NCBI GenBank assembly: GCA_027295505.1
Contig: JAPUKU010000215.1
Span: 1 to 58,774, forward strand
Direction of reading: 5' to 3'
Length of the DNA stretch: 58,774 nt
DNA from: Acidobacteriota bacterium
GTDB taxonomy: Bacteria; Acidobacteriota; Polarisedimenticolia; JAPUKU01
The translations under genes were made by a program, and so were the position numbers. The notes beneath the pieces are model-generated. The model was given only the letters and a program-made list of their open reading frames with translations. It was not told the origin of the DNA and made no database searches. Positions 45,675 through 55,051 of the stretch are shown here, piece after piece (the stretch's first letter is position 1; every line of letters begins with the position of its first letter).

Positions 45675-46967
45675 ATGCCCTCATCGAAACGGAGCCGCAC
45701 GTTCACGCGGTCCGTCTCAGCAGGTTCGCTCACTTCAAGCAAGCGCCAGCTCCTGCGGTGCCTGGACCGCCTCAAAGACCGCATGCTCGATGTCTCTAGA
45801 GAGCTTTACCTCAGGCCCGAGCTGAGCGGACAGGAACAGCATGCCTGCGCGCTGCTCTGCGGGATCCTGGAGGAAGCGGGATTTGAGGTCGAGCAGGGTG
45901 TGGGAGGACTCGAGACGGCCTTCATAGCCCGTTTGGCGAGGGGCCGTGGAGCCAATGTCGGAATCCGGCTCGAGTATGAGGCCCTGCCGGGGATCGGCCA
46001 TGGGTGCGGCCACAACCTGATCGCCGCCAGCGGGCTGGCGGCCGGACTGGCCCTCGCGGATGTCAACCGGAGCTGGCGCGGCACCCTGACGCTGTTCGGG
46101 ACGCCTGCCGAGGAAACGTTCGGCGGCAAGGCCGTGCTGTCGGATGCTGGAGTGTTCGACGGTCTGGACGGCGCTCTCATCGTGCACGGGGGACATGAGA
46201 ACCGGGTGTTCACGGAATCGCTGGCGTGTGGCTCGTTTGAAGTGGTCTTCACGGGCCGCGCCGCCCACGCCGTGGTCTGCCCGGAGAAGGGTGTCAACGC
46301 CCTCGCTGCGCTGGTTCAACTCTACGTGGGGCTGAGCCTGGCCAAGAAGTCGCTTGGCCAGGGCGTGAAAGTTGTCGGAGTGATCCTCGAAGGAGGGGAA
46401 CGGGCGAACCTGGTTCCGGCTCGTGCGGTCGGACATTTCAGCGTCCGTGCGCCGAACCATGCCCAGAGGCGTGCCGCGCACCGGCGCGTGGTGCGGCTCG
46501 TGGAGTCCGTTTCCCGCGCCTCTGGAACGCGGTTCTCGCTGCGCCCCACAGACGCACCGTACATGGAGATGCGCACGAACCATGCCCTGGCTCTGCTGGC
46601 GCGGGACAACTTTGATTTGATCGGGCGGCGTACGAATGATGCGCCCCGCGCCTCGATGGGCTCTATCGATATGGGAAACGTAAGCCAGCGCGCGCCATCG
46701 GTGCACCTCTATGTCGATCTTGGCGCTGGATCGGTGCCCGCTCATACGCGCCAGTTTGCGCGGGCAACGCAGGCACCGAACGGGCGACGGGCCACCCTGG
46801 CGGGTGCCCAGGTGCTCGCTCTGACCGCGTTGGATCTGTTCTGCGGAAAGGTGGCGCGGCGGGGGATTCGCACGGAATTCCTCAAAATGAAGAAACACGC
46901 ACGTCTTGAGGGTGGCGGGAAACGAAGACTGCACGGTCTCTCCAGAACCGGCAAGGAGATCGGATGA
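45675..46967 (+). CDS. M20 family metallopeptidase/amidohydrolase (AbgB-like)
   Basis: The track ORF 45492..46967 starts inside rnpB, so it is trimmed to ATG 45675. Motifs are HGCGHNLIAASG and GTPAEE. A later start is possible. Confidence 0.78.
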   Translation: MPSSKRSRTFTRSVSAGSLTSSKRQLLRCLDRLKDRMLDVSRELYLRPELSGQEQHACALLCGILEEAGFEVEQGVGGLETAFIARLARGRGANVGIRLEYEALPGIGHGCGHNLIAASGLAAGLALADVNRSWRGTLTLFGTPAEETFGGKAVLSDAGVFDGLDGALIVHGGHENRVFTESLACGSFEVVFTGRAAHAVVCPEKGVNALAALVQLYVGLSLAKKSLGQGVKVVGVILEGGERANLVPARAVGHFSVRAPNHAQRRAAHRRVVRLVESVSRASGTRFSLRPTDAPYMEMRTNHALALLARDNFDLIGRRTNDAPRASMGSIDMGNVSQRAPSVHLYVDLGAGSVPAHTRQFARATQAPNGRRATLAGAQVLALTALDLFCGKVARRGIRTEFLKMKKHARLEGGGKRRLHGLSRTGKEIG

Positions 46968-47866
46968 GAGCGCGAGCATTCCCGCGATTGCGGCCCGGCG
47001 CGTTGCTGGGCGTGGTTGCACTTTCAGGTCCGGCGCGCCGCGCACGCCTTGCGGCCGGCAGCTGTGTACTCCGGGAGCGGGGATACCGTTTGCAGTTTGG
47101 GCGCCACGTTCTGGCGCGGCGTGGTTACCTGGCCGGCTCGGATCGTCTGCGCGCGCGTGATCTGAACCGCATGCTTCGGGATCCAAAGGTGGATGGGATC
47201 ATTTTTGCTCGGGGAGGCTATGGTGCCCTGCGCATCCTGGATCAGATTGACTGGGCCGCTCTGCGACGGCATCCAAAACTGCTCGTTGGCTTCAGCGACC
47301 TGACCGCTCTGTTTGCCGCGGCCCGTGTCATGAGCGGTCTACCGACGCTTCACGCTCCCACTCTATCGACTCTGGGTGAGCCCGGGCGCTATCACGCACC
47401 CTCTTTTTGGGCGGGTCTCACGGGACGCTTCGATCGACTGGACCTCAAGTTTCCGGCTTCTGGCGTGATTCGGCACGGTGTTGCACGAGGCGAACTCACG
47501 GGAGGATGCCTGAGCCTTCTTGCCAGCCTGGTAGGGAGCCGGTACCAACCGGATCTCCGGGGACGAATTCTTTTCTGGGAGGAAGTGAACGAAGAACCGT
47601 TCCGCATCGATCGTTTGCTGCAGCAGATCCGTCTCTCGGGAATGTTGAGGGAAATCAAGGGAGTGGTGGTGGGACGCTGCGTGAACTGCAAGGCGAAGGG
47701 ACCCTCGCTCAATGAACGACAGATCCTGGAGGATCTATTCTTGCCGCTCGGCGTGCCTGTGGTGCGCGGTGTTGCGGCGGGGCATTGCCTGCGAGCCAGA
47801 ACCCTGCCCCTCGGCGTGCGGGCACACCTGGACACACGCCGCCGGCTGCTGTCATTCACAAGTTAA
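46964..47866 (+). CDS. ldcA: LD-carboxypeptidase (S66, muramoyl-tetrapeptide carboxypeptidase)
   Basis: 300-aa ORF with the GFSDLTAL nucleophile motif and a C-terminal GH... segment. It overlaps the M20 gene by 4 nt. Confidence 0.85.
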   Translation: MRARAFPRLRPGALLGVVALSGPARRARLAAGSCVLRERGYRLQFGRHVLARRGYLAGSDRLRARDLNRMLRDPKVDGIIFARGGYGALRILDQIDWAALRRHPKLLVGFSDLTALFAAARVMSGLPTLHAPTLSTLGEPGRYHAPSFWAGLTGRFDRLDLKFPASGVIRHGVARGELTGGCLSLLASLVGSRYQPDLRGRILFWEEVNEEPFRIDRLLQQIRLSGMLREIKGVVVGRCVNCKAKGPSLNERQILEDLFLPLGVPVVRGVAAGHCLRARTLPLGVRAHLDTRRRLLSFTS

Positions 47867-47922
47867 CCGAAAACGCCCTGCCGACCCGCGCGGTGTGTCC
47901 GACCGCCTGCCTGGAAATCCCT

Positions 47923-49779
47923 TCAGTGCCTGACCGTGAACTCCGCCTGGCGCCGTGCGGTGCCGCCCCCAATCCTGTCGGTCGCCTCCACGGTCAGGAG
48001 GTAGGAACCTTCCGGCCACTCGTCAAGCGGAAATGAGTAGGCCTGGCTGAGGTCGTGCTGCTCCTCAAGGCGGACAGACGCGCCTACGGGCGGCAGATCC
48101 TCTTTCCCAATCCGCTCGAAGCGGTACTCCAGATCCAGGCTCGGCTGCCGGGTGTTGGGATCTCGCTCGGCTCCATAAACCTGATAGTAGAAGGCCAGGT
48201 TGTGGTTGCTCCTGTAGGTGGAGTCGATCTGTGGAATTACCTTCAACTGTCCGTGAACGAACGGCTCCTTAAAGGGGGTGCGGCTTGGCTCGGGGCGGGT
48301 CTGGATGTCACGCGCCAGGACCAGATCACTGAGCAGAAGTCCCTGCTCTGACAGATCGGGTACTTCGACGATCTCTTTCCAGGAACCGGCGCGACCCGTC
48401 TTCTCCTCCAGAATAGCGATCAGGAGAATGTAGGTGCCGGGCGGTACCCCGACGCCGCTCTGATAGATCCAGCGGACCTCGTCCGCGTCTCGAAGCGACA
48501 GGCTTGCGAAGCCGTCGTCCGAGGAGAAGGTAACCAGGAACTGCGGATCGCTCTCCGAAATGAGCCGTCCACCGAGGGACAGCGGGGGCTCTCTCGCGGA
48601 GCGGGAAGGCTGAGCCGCAGAATCCGACTTCGGCATGGCCTCGAGATCGAGGGTGAGATTGATCTCCATGTAGGTGAGCCCTTCCTGGGAGCGGTAGAAG
48701 TGATAGACGCTCTGCAGGGGGAACACTCCGAAGAACTCGCGTGCCTGCACGACTTCCGTCGACCAGAACTCCATGCGGGTCACGTCCTGAGCCTTTCCGA
48801 GGTCGCTTAGAAGAGAAAGAGAGCTTGTCTGAGTTATCCCGACGCGGCCGGACTCCGCCATTCTCTGGGCGCTCTGGGCTCCGGAGTTGCCCGTCGCATT
48901 CCTCCCGGCCCCCAGATCCAGTGTGTTGAGGTTGAGGGAACTTATGCTCGATGACATGTCCCTGAAGACGCGATCGTAATCTATCGCGTCAGATGACAGG
49001 TAATATTCACCCGAGGAGTTCTCGCGGAAGGCGATGATCATATGGGGATCAAGGCCCGGGATTCCGATGTTGCGGTACGTCCAGCGCGTCACACCGCGTG
49101 GGGGAATCGTGTGGCGCGGGTAGCCGGCAGGAGCGTCCTGAGTGTAGCGCGCGTCGAAGCGGGCATCGTTACCACTGCGCATCGGGAACGATTCAACCTC
49201 ATCCGGAGGACCGAGCAGGAGGTAAATCCGGCCACGATCCGTCTTCCATCCGGGTTTGGTCGAACCAGTGAACTGGGCGTTCGCGTCCCGGACGCGGGTC
49301 CAGTAGATGTACCGGCGCTCGTTGTAGAAGGTATCGGGTGTTGCGTCTAAGGAGGCCCAGAAGCGGGAGATCCAGGCCAGACGATCCTGATCCCCCTGCA
49401 AGGCGCGGTATTCGCTCACGTGCGGGCCGGTAAGGAGATACCGGACCGGCCCCTCATGCCAGTTTTCCAGCAGCTCGGTGGCGATCTGACGATTCGCCGC
49501 ACGAGTGGCGCTCCAGTTAACGGATTCGACCGGAAGTGAAAAAAAGTTCCCTTCCGGGTCGGTGAGAAAAAAATAGCCCTTTTTAACTGCTGGAAGACGG
49601 CTGGAAGCGTAAGTGCGGCCTTGGCGGGTGATGACCTTGAATGCCGGCTCCTCAGATTCCCTGGAGCTGAGGTCGCTGATGCAGAAGAGCAGCGCCGCTA
49701 GGGGGATCAGAAACTGCGAGATCGCACGGCGCCCGCGCGTCCCCGGTTCACCTCGGTTCGATGGTGAAGAATGCCTCAT
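47923..49779 (-). CDS. GWxTD domain-containing secreted protein
   Basis: 618-aa ORF with a signal/anchor segment. The motif block is FWASLDATPDTFYNERRYIYWTRVRDANAQF...KPGWKTDRGRIYLLLGPPDEVE. Confidence 0.75.
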   Translation of the reverse strand: MRHSSPSNRGEPGTRGRRAISQFLIPLAALLFCISDLSSRESEEPAFKVITRQGRTYASSRLPAVKKGYFFLTDPEGNFFSLPVESVNWSATRAANRQIATELLENWHEGPVRYLLTGPHVSEYRALQGDQDRLAWISRFWASLDATPDTFYNERRYIYWTRVRDANAQFTGSTKPGWKTDRGRIYLLLGPPDEVESFPMRSGNDARFDARYTQDAPAGYPRHTIPPRGVTRWTYRNIGIPGLDPHMIIAFRENSSGEYYLSSDAIDYDRVFRDMSSSISSLNLNTLDLGAGRNATGNSGAQSAQRMAESGRVGITQTSSLSLLSDLGKAQDVTRMEFWSTEVVQAREFFGVFPLQSVYHFYRSQEGLTYMEINLTLDLEAMPKSDSAAQPSRSAREPPLSLGGRLISESDPQFLVTFSSDDGFASLSLRDADEVRWIYQSGVGVPPGTYILLIAILEEKTGRAGSWKEIVEVPDLSEQGLLLSDLVLARDIQTRPEPSRTPFKEPFVHGQLKVIPQIDSTYRSNHNLAFYYQVYGAERDPNTRQPSLDLEYRFERIGKEDLPPVGASVRLEEQHDLSQAYSFPLDEWPEGSYLLTVEATDRIGGGTARRQAEFTVRH

Positions 49780-51232
49780 GCGTAGCCACCTTGTCGCTCA
49801 CCTTGTCCTCTACCGTGACGTCCAGGCGGTACTCGGCCTCCGGCCAGTGTGACAGTGGGAACGACCAGCGCTGAACCGGTTCACTGACCTCCTTGAGCGC
49901 GAAAGGAGAGCTGATGCGCACCCAGCGATCCTGGTCGAGCCAGTGAAACTGGTACTCGATGTCGAGATCCAGGGAGCCGGTCTTCGGATGAGGGCGTGCG
50001 TTGTAAATTTCGTAAAACACGCCGAGAGTTTGCCCATTTCGGAAGACATGGCCGGGGCGCGGCACCACCTTGTGGGGGCCGAGAATGAATGGAATCTTTC
50101 GATCGTCGTATCCCTCCGGAGCTTTATCGAAACGGCTGATGAGCGTCACCGAACTCAGCATCAGATCCTTCGATACCATACTGGGAACGGACACAATATC
50201 CCGAAAAAATGACACCTGGCCGGTCTGGGACAGCTCCAGCCCCACGTAGAAACGATAGCGGCCTGGAACCAGATCCCCCTTTGCCTGGAAGACGAGGGCT
50301 CCATCGTCGATGACCTTGTCGATATCATCACCGGTTGTGGTTTCGATGCGGTTCGTAAACGAATAGGTGATTGAGGGGGCCTGCTCGCGGATCATCTTGG
50401 CGTAGAGAATGAGACTCTCGCCGTTGCTGTCGCTGGGACGAACGAGCGGCAACACCCGCGTTGGCAGGGAGAGCGTCAGGGTCGAGAAGGTCGTACCGCC
50501 TTCGGATCGATAAAAGTCATAGCTCGACTGCACCGGCAGGCTGTTGTAGTACTCGCTTGTGGTGACGATTTCGTCGAGCTGGCTGTCGGTGACAGGCAGC
50601 CGCATCAAGTTGGCGAGATCACCGGCGCGTAATTTCTCTTTCACCAGGCGGTTGAGGAAGTTTTCGAAGCCGGGAGACTGCGGTGGCCTGAGTACGGTAT
50701 CGCCGAAGGAGTCGGTGGAGTTGATGGGAGGGTTGAGCGTTGTCTGCACGACCTCCACGACCTCGGGAGGCATGTCCCGGGCATCGTAGCGCCAGGCAAA
50801 ATCTCTGCGCTTGCCTACGCTTTTTTCATAAGCCTGAAAGTCCTTCGGGGGGCCGAAGAGGATGTAGAGTTTACCCTTCTCCGTCTTCCATCCGGGTTTC
50901 ACGGATTCGCTGAACAGCCGGTTTGATTCTTCAACGCGCTTCCAGAACTCCTTGCGTAACTCGTTGAACAGCGTCCATGGCGTGGGGTCACGCCGGGCCC
51001 AGAACGCTTCGATGAAGGCGCGTCGTTCACCCTTGTCCTTCAGGCGTTTGTAGGCCCGCTCCTCTTCGATGGTCAGCAGGTACCAGACAGGACCGTGCCG
51101 CCATTCGGAGGTTGGTTCGTCCACCGGGTAGGGCGGGCGGTTCTTGGTCCTGGCGGATGCAGGTAGGCAGATTGCCACAGCCAGGAAGGCCACTATGGCC
51201 AAACGGGCTGCGACGCGACTCCGTCGCGCCAT
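49748..51232 (-). CDS. GWxTD domain-containing secreted protein (paralogue of the downstream gene)
   Basis: Track ORF trimmed to ATG 51232, giving MARRSRVAARLAIVAFLAVAICLPASA as signal peptide. The motif block is FWARRDPTPWTLFNELRKEFWKRVEESNRLF...KPGWKTEKGKLYILFGPPKDFQ. Confidence 0.75.
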   Translation of the reverse strand: MARRSRVAARLAIVAFLAVAICLPASARTKNRPPYPVDEPTSEWRHGPVWYLLTIEEERAYKRLKDKGERRAFIEAFWARRDPTPWTLFNELRKEFWKRVEESNRLFSESVKPGWKTEKGKLYILFGPPKDFQAYEKSVGKRRDFAWRYDARDMPPEVVEVVQTTLNPPINSTDSFGDTVLRPPQSPGFENFLNRLVKEKLRAGDLANLMRLPVTDSQLDEIVTTSEYYNSLPVQSSYDFYRSEGGTTFSTLTLSLPTRVLPLVRPSDSNGESLILYAKMIREQAPSITYSFTNRIETTTGDDIDKVIDDGALVFQAKGDLVPGRYRFYVGLELSQTGQVSFFRDIVSVPSMVSKDLMLSSVTLISRFDKAPEGYDDRKIPFILGPHKVVPRPGHVFRNGQTLGVFYEIYNARPHPKTGSLDLDIEYQFHWLDQDRWVRISSPFALKEVSEPVQRWSFPLSHWPEAEYRLDVTVEDKVSDKVATHEAFFTIEPR

Positions 51233-51590
51233 GCCACCCGCCTCATGTTGGCGGTTCCCTGGGGTCCTAGTGTTGGCGGCCATCATCTCGCTACCTGCGA
51301 GCGCTGGTGCTCTCTCCAGGTCGAGCTGGATGAGAGCCAGGGATGAACCCATGAAAGTTAGGGAGCGTTCCTCGAGCAGCCGGGTATCGCCGGTCGCAGC
51401 CAGGCGGTCCGCCACCTTCGTCCGTGGGGTTTGACCTGCCGACTCAGAGCGCAAACGCATGGCCCTCGTGCCTCTTTGACTCCCTGCTGCGTCAGCGGTT
51501 TAGGCCCGTTCGAGAGAACTGCTCCACCTTGACGCATGTTCCAAGTCTAGGGTAGCATTCTCTCCAGGATCGCTGCTTTAGAGTCTACTC

Positions 51591-52364
51591 TTGGTAGAGT
51601 GGCCTGTCAAACATAACTCCTGCAAAAAGCGCAACTTAAAGCTGCTTGTGCAGTACGCAGGCTCGCGTTATTCCGGCTGGCAGCGCCAGCCCGGGCAGAC
51701 CACCATCCAGGGAGCCCTCGAGGAGCGCCTTCAGCAAATCCTGCGCCATCCGGTCAAGCTTGTGGGGGCGAGCCGTACCGACGCCGGGGTTCATGCCCGG
51801 GGGCAGGTGGCGAGCCTCATCACGACCTCGCAGCTGGAGCCGGACCGGCTCAGACGGTCCCTCAACTCACTCTTACCGCATGATATTGGGGTGATGGAAA
51901 TCGAGGTGGTCGCGGATGATTTCCATGCGCTGGGAAGTGCCCGCGGGCGTGAATACCGCTATGAGATCGTCAATGCACCGGTCACCTCCCCCTTCCTCCA
52001 CGGGTTCGCGCATCCGGTCAGGGTACCGCTCGACCTGGAGCGCCTGCGGCGCGCGGCGGCTCGGATCATCGGCGAGCATGACTTCACCGGGTTCGCGGAT
52101 GCCGATCGCGGTCCGGTACGCACCCTCAGAAAAGTTCAGACTTCTGAATGGTGTAAAGACGGAGACCTGTTAACCTACCGGGTGGTGGCCGATGGATTTG
52201 TGAAAGGAATGATCAGGGCGCTGGTGGGAACCTTTATCGACGTGGGGCGCGACCGGTGGGGCGAGGACCGGATCGAGCAAATTTTGCGGGAGCGGGATCG
52301 CAGCCTCTGCGGTCCCGCCGCACCGGCCTGCGGTCTCTACCTGCAGCGGGTCTACTATGCGTGA
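51591..52364 (+). CDS. truA: tRNA pseudouridine(38-40) synthase
   Basis: 257-aa ORF with YAGSRYSGWQRQPG and the catalytic GASRTDAGVHARGQV motif. The TTG start is uncertain. Confidence 0.88.
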   Translation: MVEWPVKHNSCKKRNLKLLVQYAGSRYSGWQRQPGQTTIQGALEERLQQILRHPVKLVGASRTDAGVHARGQVASLITTSQLEPDRLRRSLNSLLPHDIGVMEIEVVADDFHALGSARGREYRYEIVNAPVTSPFLHGFAHPVRVPLDLERLRRAAARIIGEHDFTGFADADRGPVRTLRKVQTSEWCKDGDLLTYRVVADGFVKGMIRALVGTFIDVGRDRWGEDRIEQILRERDRSLCGPAAPACGLYLQRVYYA

Positions 52365-53406
52365 GAGAACCAGCGTCCTCGTCACCGGCGGTGCCGGCTA
52401 CGTTGGCTCGGCGGTAGTACGCACCCTGTCGGCTGCAGGCTACCGTCCGGTCGTGGTTGATGATCTCAGCACGGGCCATCGGTTGGCGGTCGGCAAGGTG
52501 CCAATCCTGAAGGCTGCGTACGGTAACAAGCGCGTTGAGGCTTTCGTGCGCCGGCACCGGGTTCGGGCCGTGGTGCACACTGCAGCTTCCTGCCTGGTCG
52601 GAGAGTCGGTGAAGAACCCGGCCCTCTATTACGAAAACAACCTGAAGCAGGGACTGGAGTTTCTCGAGATGCTGCGCCGAAGCCGCGTTCGCCGGCTGGT
52701 TTTTTGCTCCACGGCCGCAGTCTACGGCGAACCGCAGGCCGTGCCCATACCTGAGGATCACCCCCAGCGGCCAGTCAACCCGTACGGTGAGACCAAGGCA
52801 GCCTTCGAGCATGCCCTGCACTGGTACTGTGAGGCGTACGGCTTCTCGGCCGTGGCGCTGCGGTTCTTTAACGCGGCCGGAGCCGACGAGGACGGGCGGC
52901 ACGGCGAGGACCATCCAATCGAAACCCACCTGATCCCGCGTGTGATGCAGCACGCTTTGGGCCGTCGCTCGGCGATCGAGCTGTACGGAACCGATTATGC
53001 AACTCCGGATGGAACCGCGATCCGCGACTACGTCCACGTCCGGGATCTGGCTGTAGCTCACCTCAGCGCACTCGAACGTTGCCGGAGAACGAAGGGATTC
53101 AGTGCGTTCAACCTCGGAACCGGCACGGGGACGAGCGTGCGCGAGGTGCTTCGGGAGGTGGAACGCGTGAGCGGGAAGACGCTGAAGATTGTGGAGCGCC
53201 CCCGACGCGCAGGAGACCCCGCCAGGCTAGTGGCTTCAAATGAAAAAGCCCGAAAGCTTCTCGGCTGGAGTCCGGGACGCCCGCTGGGTGAGATCGTGGC
53301 GAGCGCTTGGCGCTGGCACGAGAAGCATCGCCGCGGCTATCGTAGCAGCCCCGGCCTTGTCAGTTCCGGAAATGCTGTGCTAAAATTACCGGCGCGGAGT
53401 CGCTGA
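52357..53406 (+). CDS. galE: UDP-glucose 4-epimerase
   Basis: 349-aa ORF with VLVTGGAGYVGS (Rossmann fold) and YGETKAAFE (YxxxK), an SDR-extended fold. Confidence 0.9.
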   Translation: MRERTSVLVTGGAGYVGSAVVRTLSAAGYRPVVVDDLSTGHRLAVGKVPILKAAYGNKRVEAFVRRHRVRAVVHTAASCLVGESVKNPALYYENNLKQGLEFLEMLRRSRVRRLVFCSTAAVYGEPQAVPIPEDHPQRPVNPYGETKAAFEHALHWYCEAYGFSAVALRFFNAAGADEDGRHGEDHPIETHLIPRVMQHALGRRSAIELYGTDYATPDGTAIRDYVHVRDLAVAHLSALERCRRTKGFSAFNLGTGTGTSVREVLREVERVSGKTLKIVERPRRAGDPARLVASNEKARKLLGWSPGRPLGEIVASAWRWHEKHRRGYRSSPGLVSSGNAVLKLPARSR

Positions 53407-53407
53407 A

Positions 53408-54235
53408 GTGGCTGAAACTAAAGACTTGGAAGGATTTATACCCTCGGGCACGCCCGATCACGAACACCTTCGCGGCCTCGATTTCGCACGGCTTCCTCGT
53501 CACGTGGCCATCATCATGGACGGTAATGGCCGCTGGGCGCGTCAGCGGGGACTCCCCCGTGTGAGTGGCCACCGCGCGGGCATCGACTCGGTGCGAGAAA
53601 CGGTGGAATGCTCGGCGCGCCTTGGGTTGCAGATCCTCACCCTGTACGCCTTCTCGATCGAGAATTGGAAGCGACCTCGAGCCGAGATTGCGATGCTCAT
53701 GATGTTGCTCAGAGAATACCTGAACAAAGAGCTGGTAAGTCTTCAGAAAAACAACATTATTCTCCGCGCCATTGGCCGCATCGAGGATCTGGATCCCAGC
53801 GTACAGCGGGAGATTCGGAAGGTGGAGGAAGCCACGAGCGGCAACACGGGACTGGTTTTCAACGTGGCCCTCTCGTATGGTGGCAGGGCTGAGATTGTGG
53901 ATGCTTGCAGGAGCCTTGTGCTCGAGGCGCGCCGTGGCAGCCTGGATCCGCTTCAGATCGACGAGACCCTGGTGAGCCGGCACCTTTACACCTCCGGCCA
54001 GCCGGACCCTGATCTGCTCATCCGCACCAGCGGCGAATTTCGAATCAGCAACTTCCTGCTCTGGCAGATTGCCTATTCGGAGATCTGGGTTACCGAAACG
54101 CTCTGGCCTGATTTCCGGCGCGGGGAATTGCTCCGCGCCATCGCCGACTTCCAGAAGCGCCAGCGCCGCTACGGAGGCCTGGAGGTCGAAGCCACGCCAG
54201 TCACATCTTCTCCCGAACAGCGGATCCTGGTCTGA
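53408..54235 (+). CDS. uppS: isoprenyl transferase (undecaprenyl-diphosphate synthase)
   Basis: 275-aa ORF with HVAIIMDGNGRWA, FSIENWKRP and IRTSGEFRISNFLLWQIAYSE. Confidence 0.92.
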   Translation: MAETKDLEGFIPSGTPDHEHLRGLDFARLPRHVAIIMDGNGRWARQRGLPRVSGHRAGIDSVRETVECSARLGLQILTLYAFSIENWKRPRAEIAMLMMLLREYLNKELVSLQKNNIILRAIGRIEDLDPSVQREIRKVEEATSGNTGLVFNVALSYGGRAEIVDACRSLVLEARRGSLDPLQIDETLVSRHLYTSGQPDPDLLIRTSGEFRISNFLLWQIAYSEIWVTETLWPDFRRGELLRAIADFQKRQRRYGGLEVEATPVTSSPEQRILV

Positions 54236-54297
54236 GTTTCCCGGCAATCCTCCAGCGCGTACTCACTGCGGCGATTGCGCTGCCGCTTCTGATAGGG

Positions 54298-55044
54298 GTG
54301 ACACAGCTCAGCTCGCCGCTCTATTTCTTTGTGATGGTGGCCGTAGCTGTGCTGCTGGCTGCCGTGGAGCTGTTCCGGCTCGCTGAGGGACGGGGAATAC
54401 GCCCGCAGCGGGTGCTGGGCCTCGGGGGGGCGGTGCTAATGGCCGCGACGTTTCTCGAAGAGGGACCCGACCTGGAGCAGGTTCTGGCGGGTTGCGTCGC
54501 CGCGGCGGTTTTGACCGCCCTATGGAGTCGGAGGCCGTTACCGGAAGCACTTCCGTCGATCGCCACGACCCTGTTCGGAATCGTGTTCGTGGGCCTCTTG
54601 CTTGGTTACCAGGTCGGCCTGCGCACGTTTGGCGAGGGGGGAGCGAGGCTCGTACTCTTCCTGTGGTGGGTTGTCTGGTCGTCTGATGCCGTGGCCTATG
54701 GGGTGGGCACGGCCGTAGGTCGGACCCCGCTCGCTCCACGCATCAGCCCCCGCAAGACGGTGGAGGGAACGCTGGCGGGGTTGGTGATGGCTACGATCGC
54801 TGCCTGGATCGGCGGGCGTTGGCTTCTTCCTCCGCTTTCCGGCCTGGAGGCGGGAGTTATTGGAGCGTTTCTGGGCATCTTCGGGCTGCTGGGGGATCTC
54901 TGCGAGTCGCTTCTCAAGAGGGGCTCCCAGGTTAAGGACAGTGGCGGATGGCTGCCGGGGCATGGCGGTGTGCTCGATCGCGCCGACAGCCTCCTGTTCA
55001 CAGCGCCGGGATTATTTTATTACTGGAAGTATTTTCAGATTTGA
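54298..55044 (+). CDS. cdsA: phosphatidate cytidylyltransferase
   Basis: The C-terminal signature is SLLKRGSQVKDSGGWLPGHGGVLDRADSLLF. Coordinates follow the first canonical start (GTG 54298). The homologous N-terminal helix continues upstream to at least 54247, so the true start may be non-canonical (see findings). Confidence 0.85.
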   Translation: MTQLSSPLYFFVMVAVAVLLAAVELFRLAEGRGIRPQRVLGLGGAVLMAATFLEEGPDLEQVLAGCVAAAVLTALWSRRPLPEALPSIATTLFGIVFVGLLLGYQVGLRTFGEGGARLVLFLWWVVWSSDAVAYGVGTAVGRTPLAPRISPRKTVEGTLAGLVMATIAAWIGGRWLLPPLSGLEAGVIGAFLGIFGLLGDLCESLLKRGSQVKDSGGWLPGHGGVLDRADSLLFTAPGLFYYWKYFQI

Positions 55045-55051
55045 GTGCTGA

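Noticed and set aside
44954-45784. 276-aa minus-strand ORF and other ORFs (45229..45555, 45174..45425, and the 5' part of 45492..46967) across 45240-45615
   Set aside because: They overlap the unmistakable RNase P RNA gene. These are chance open frames in GC-rich structured RNA DNA.
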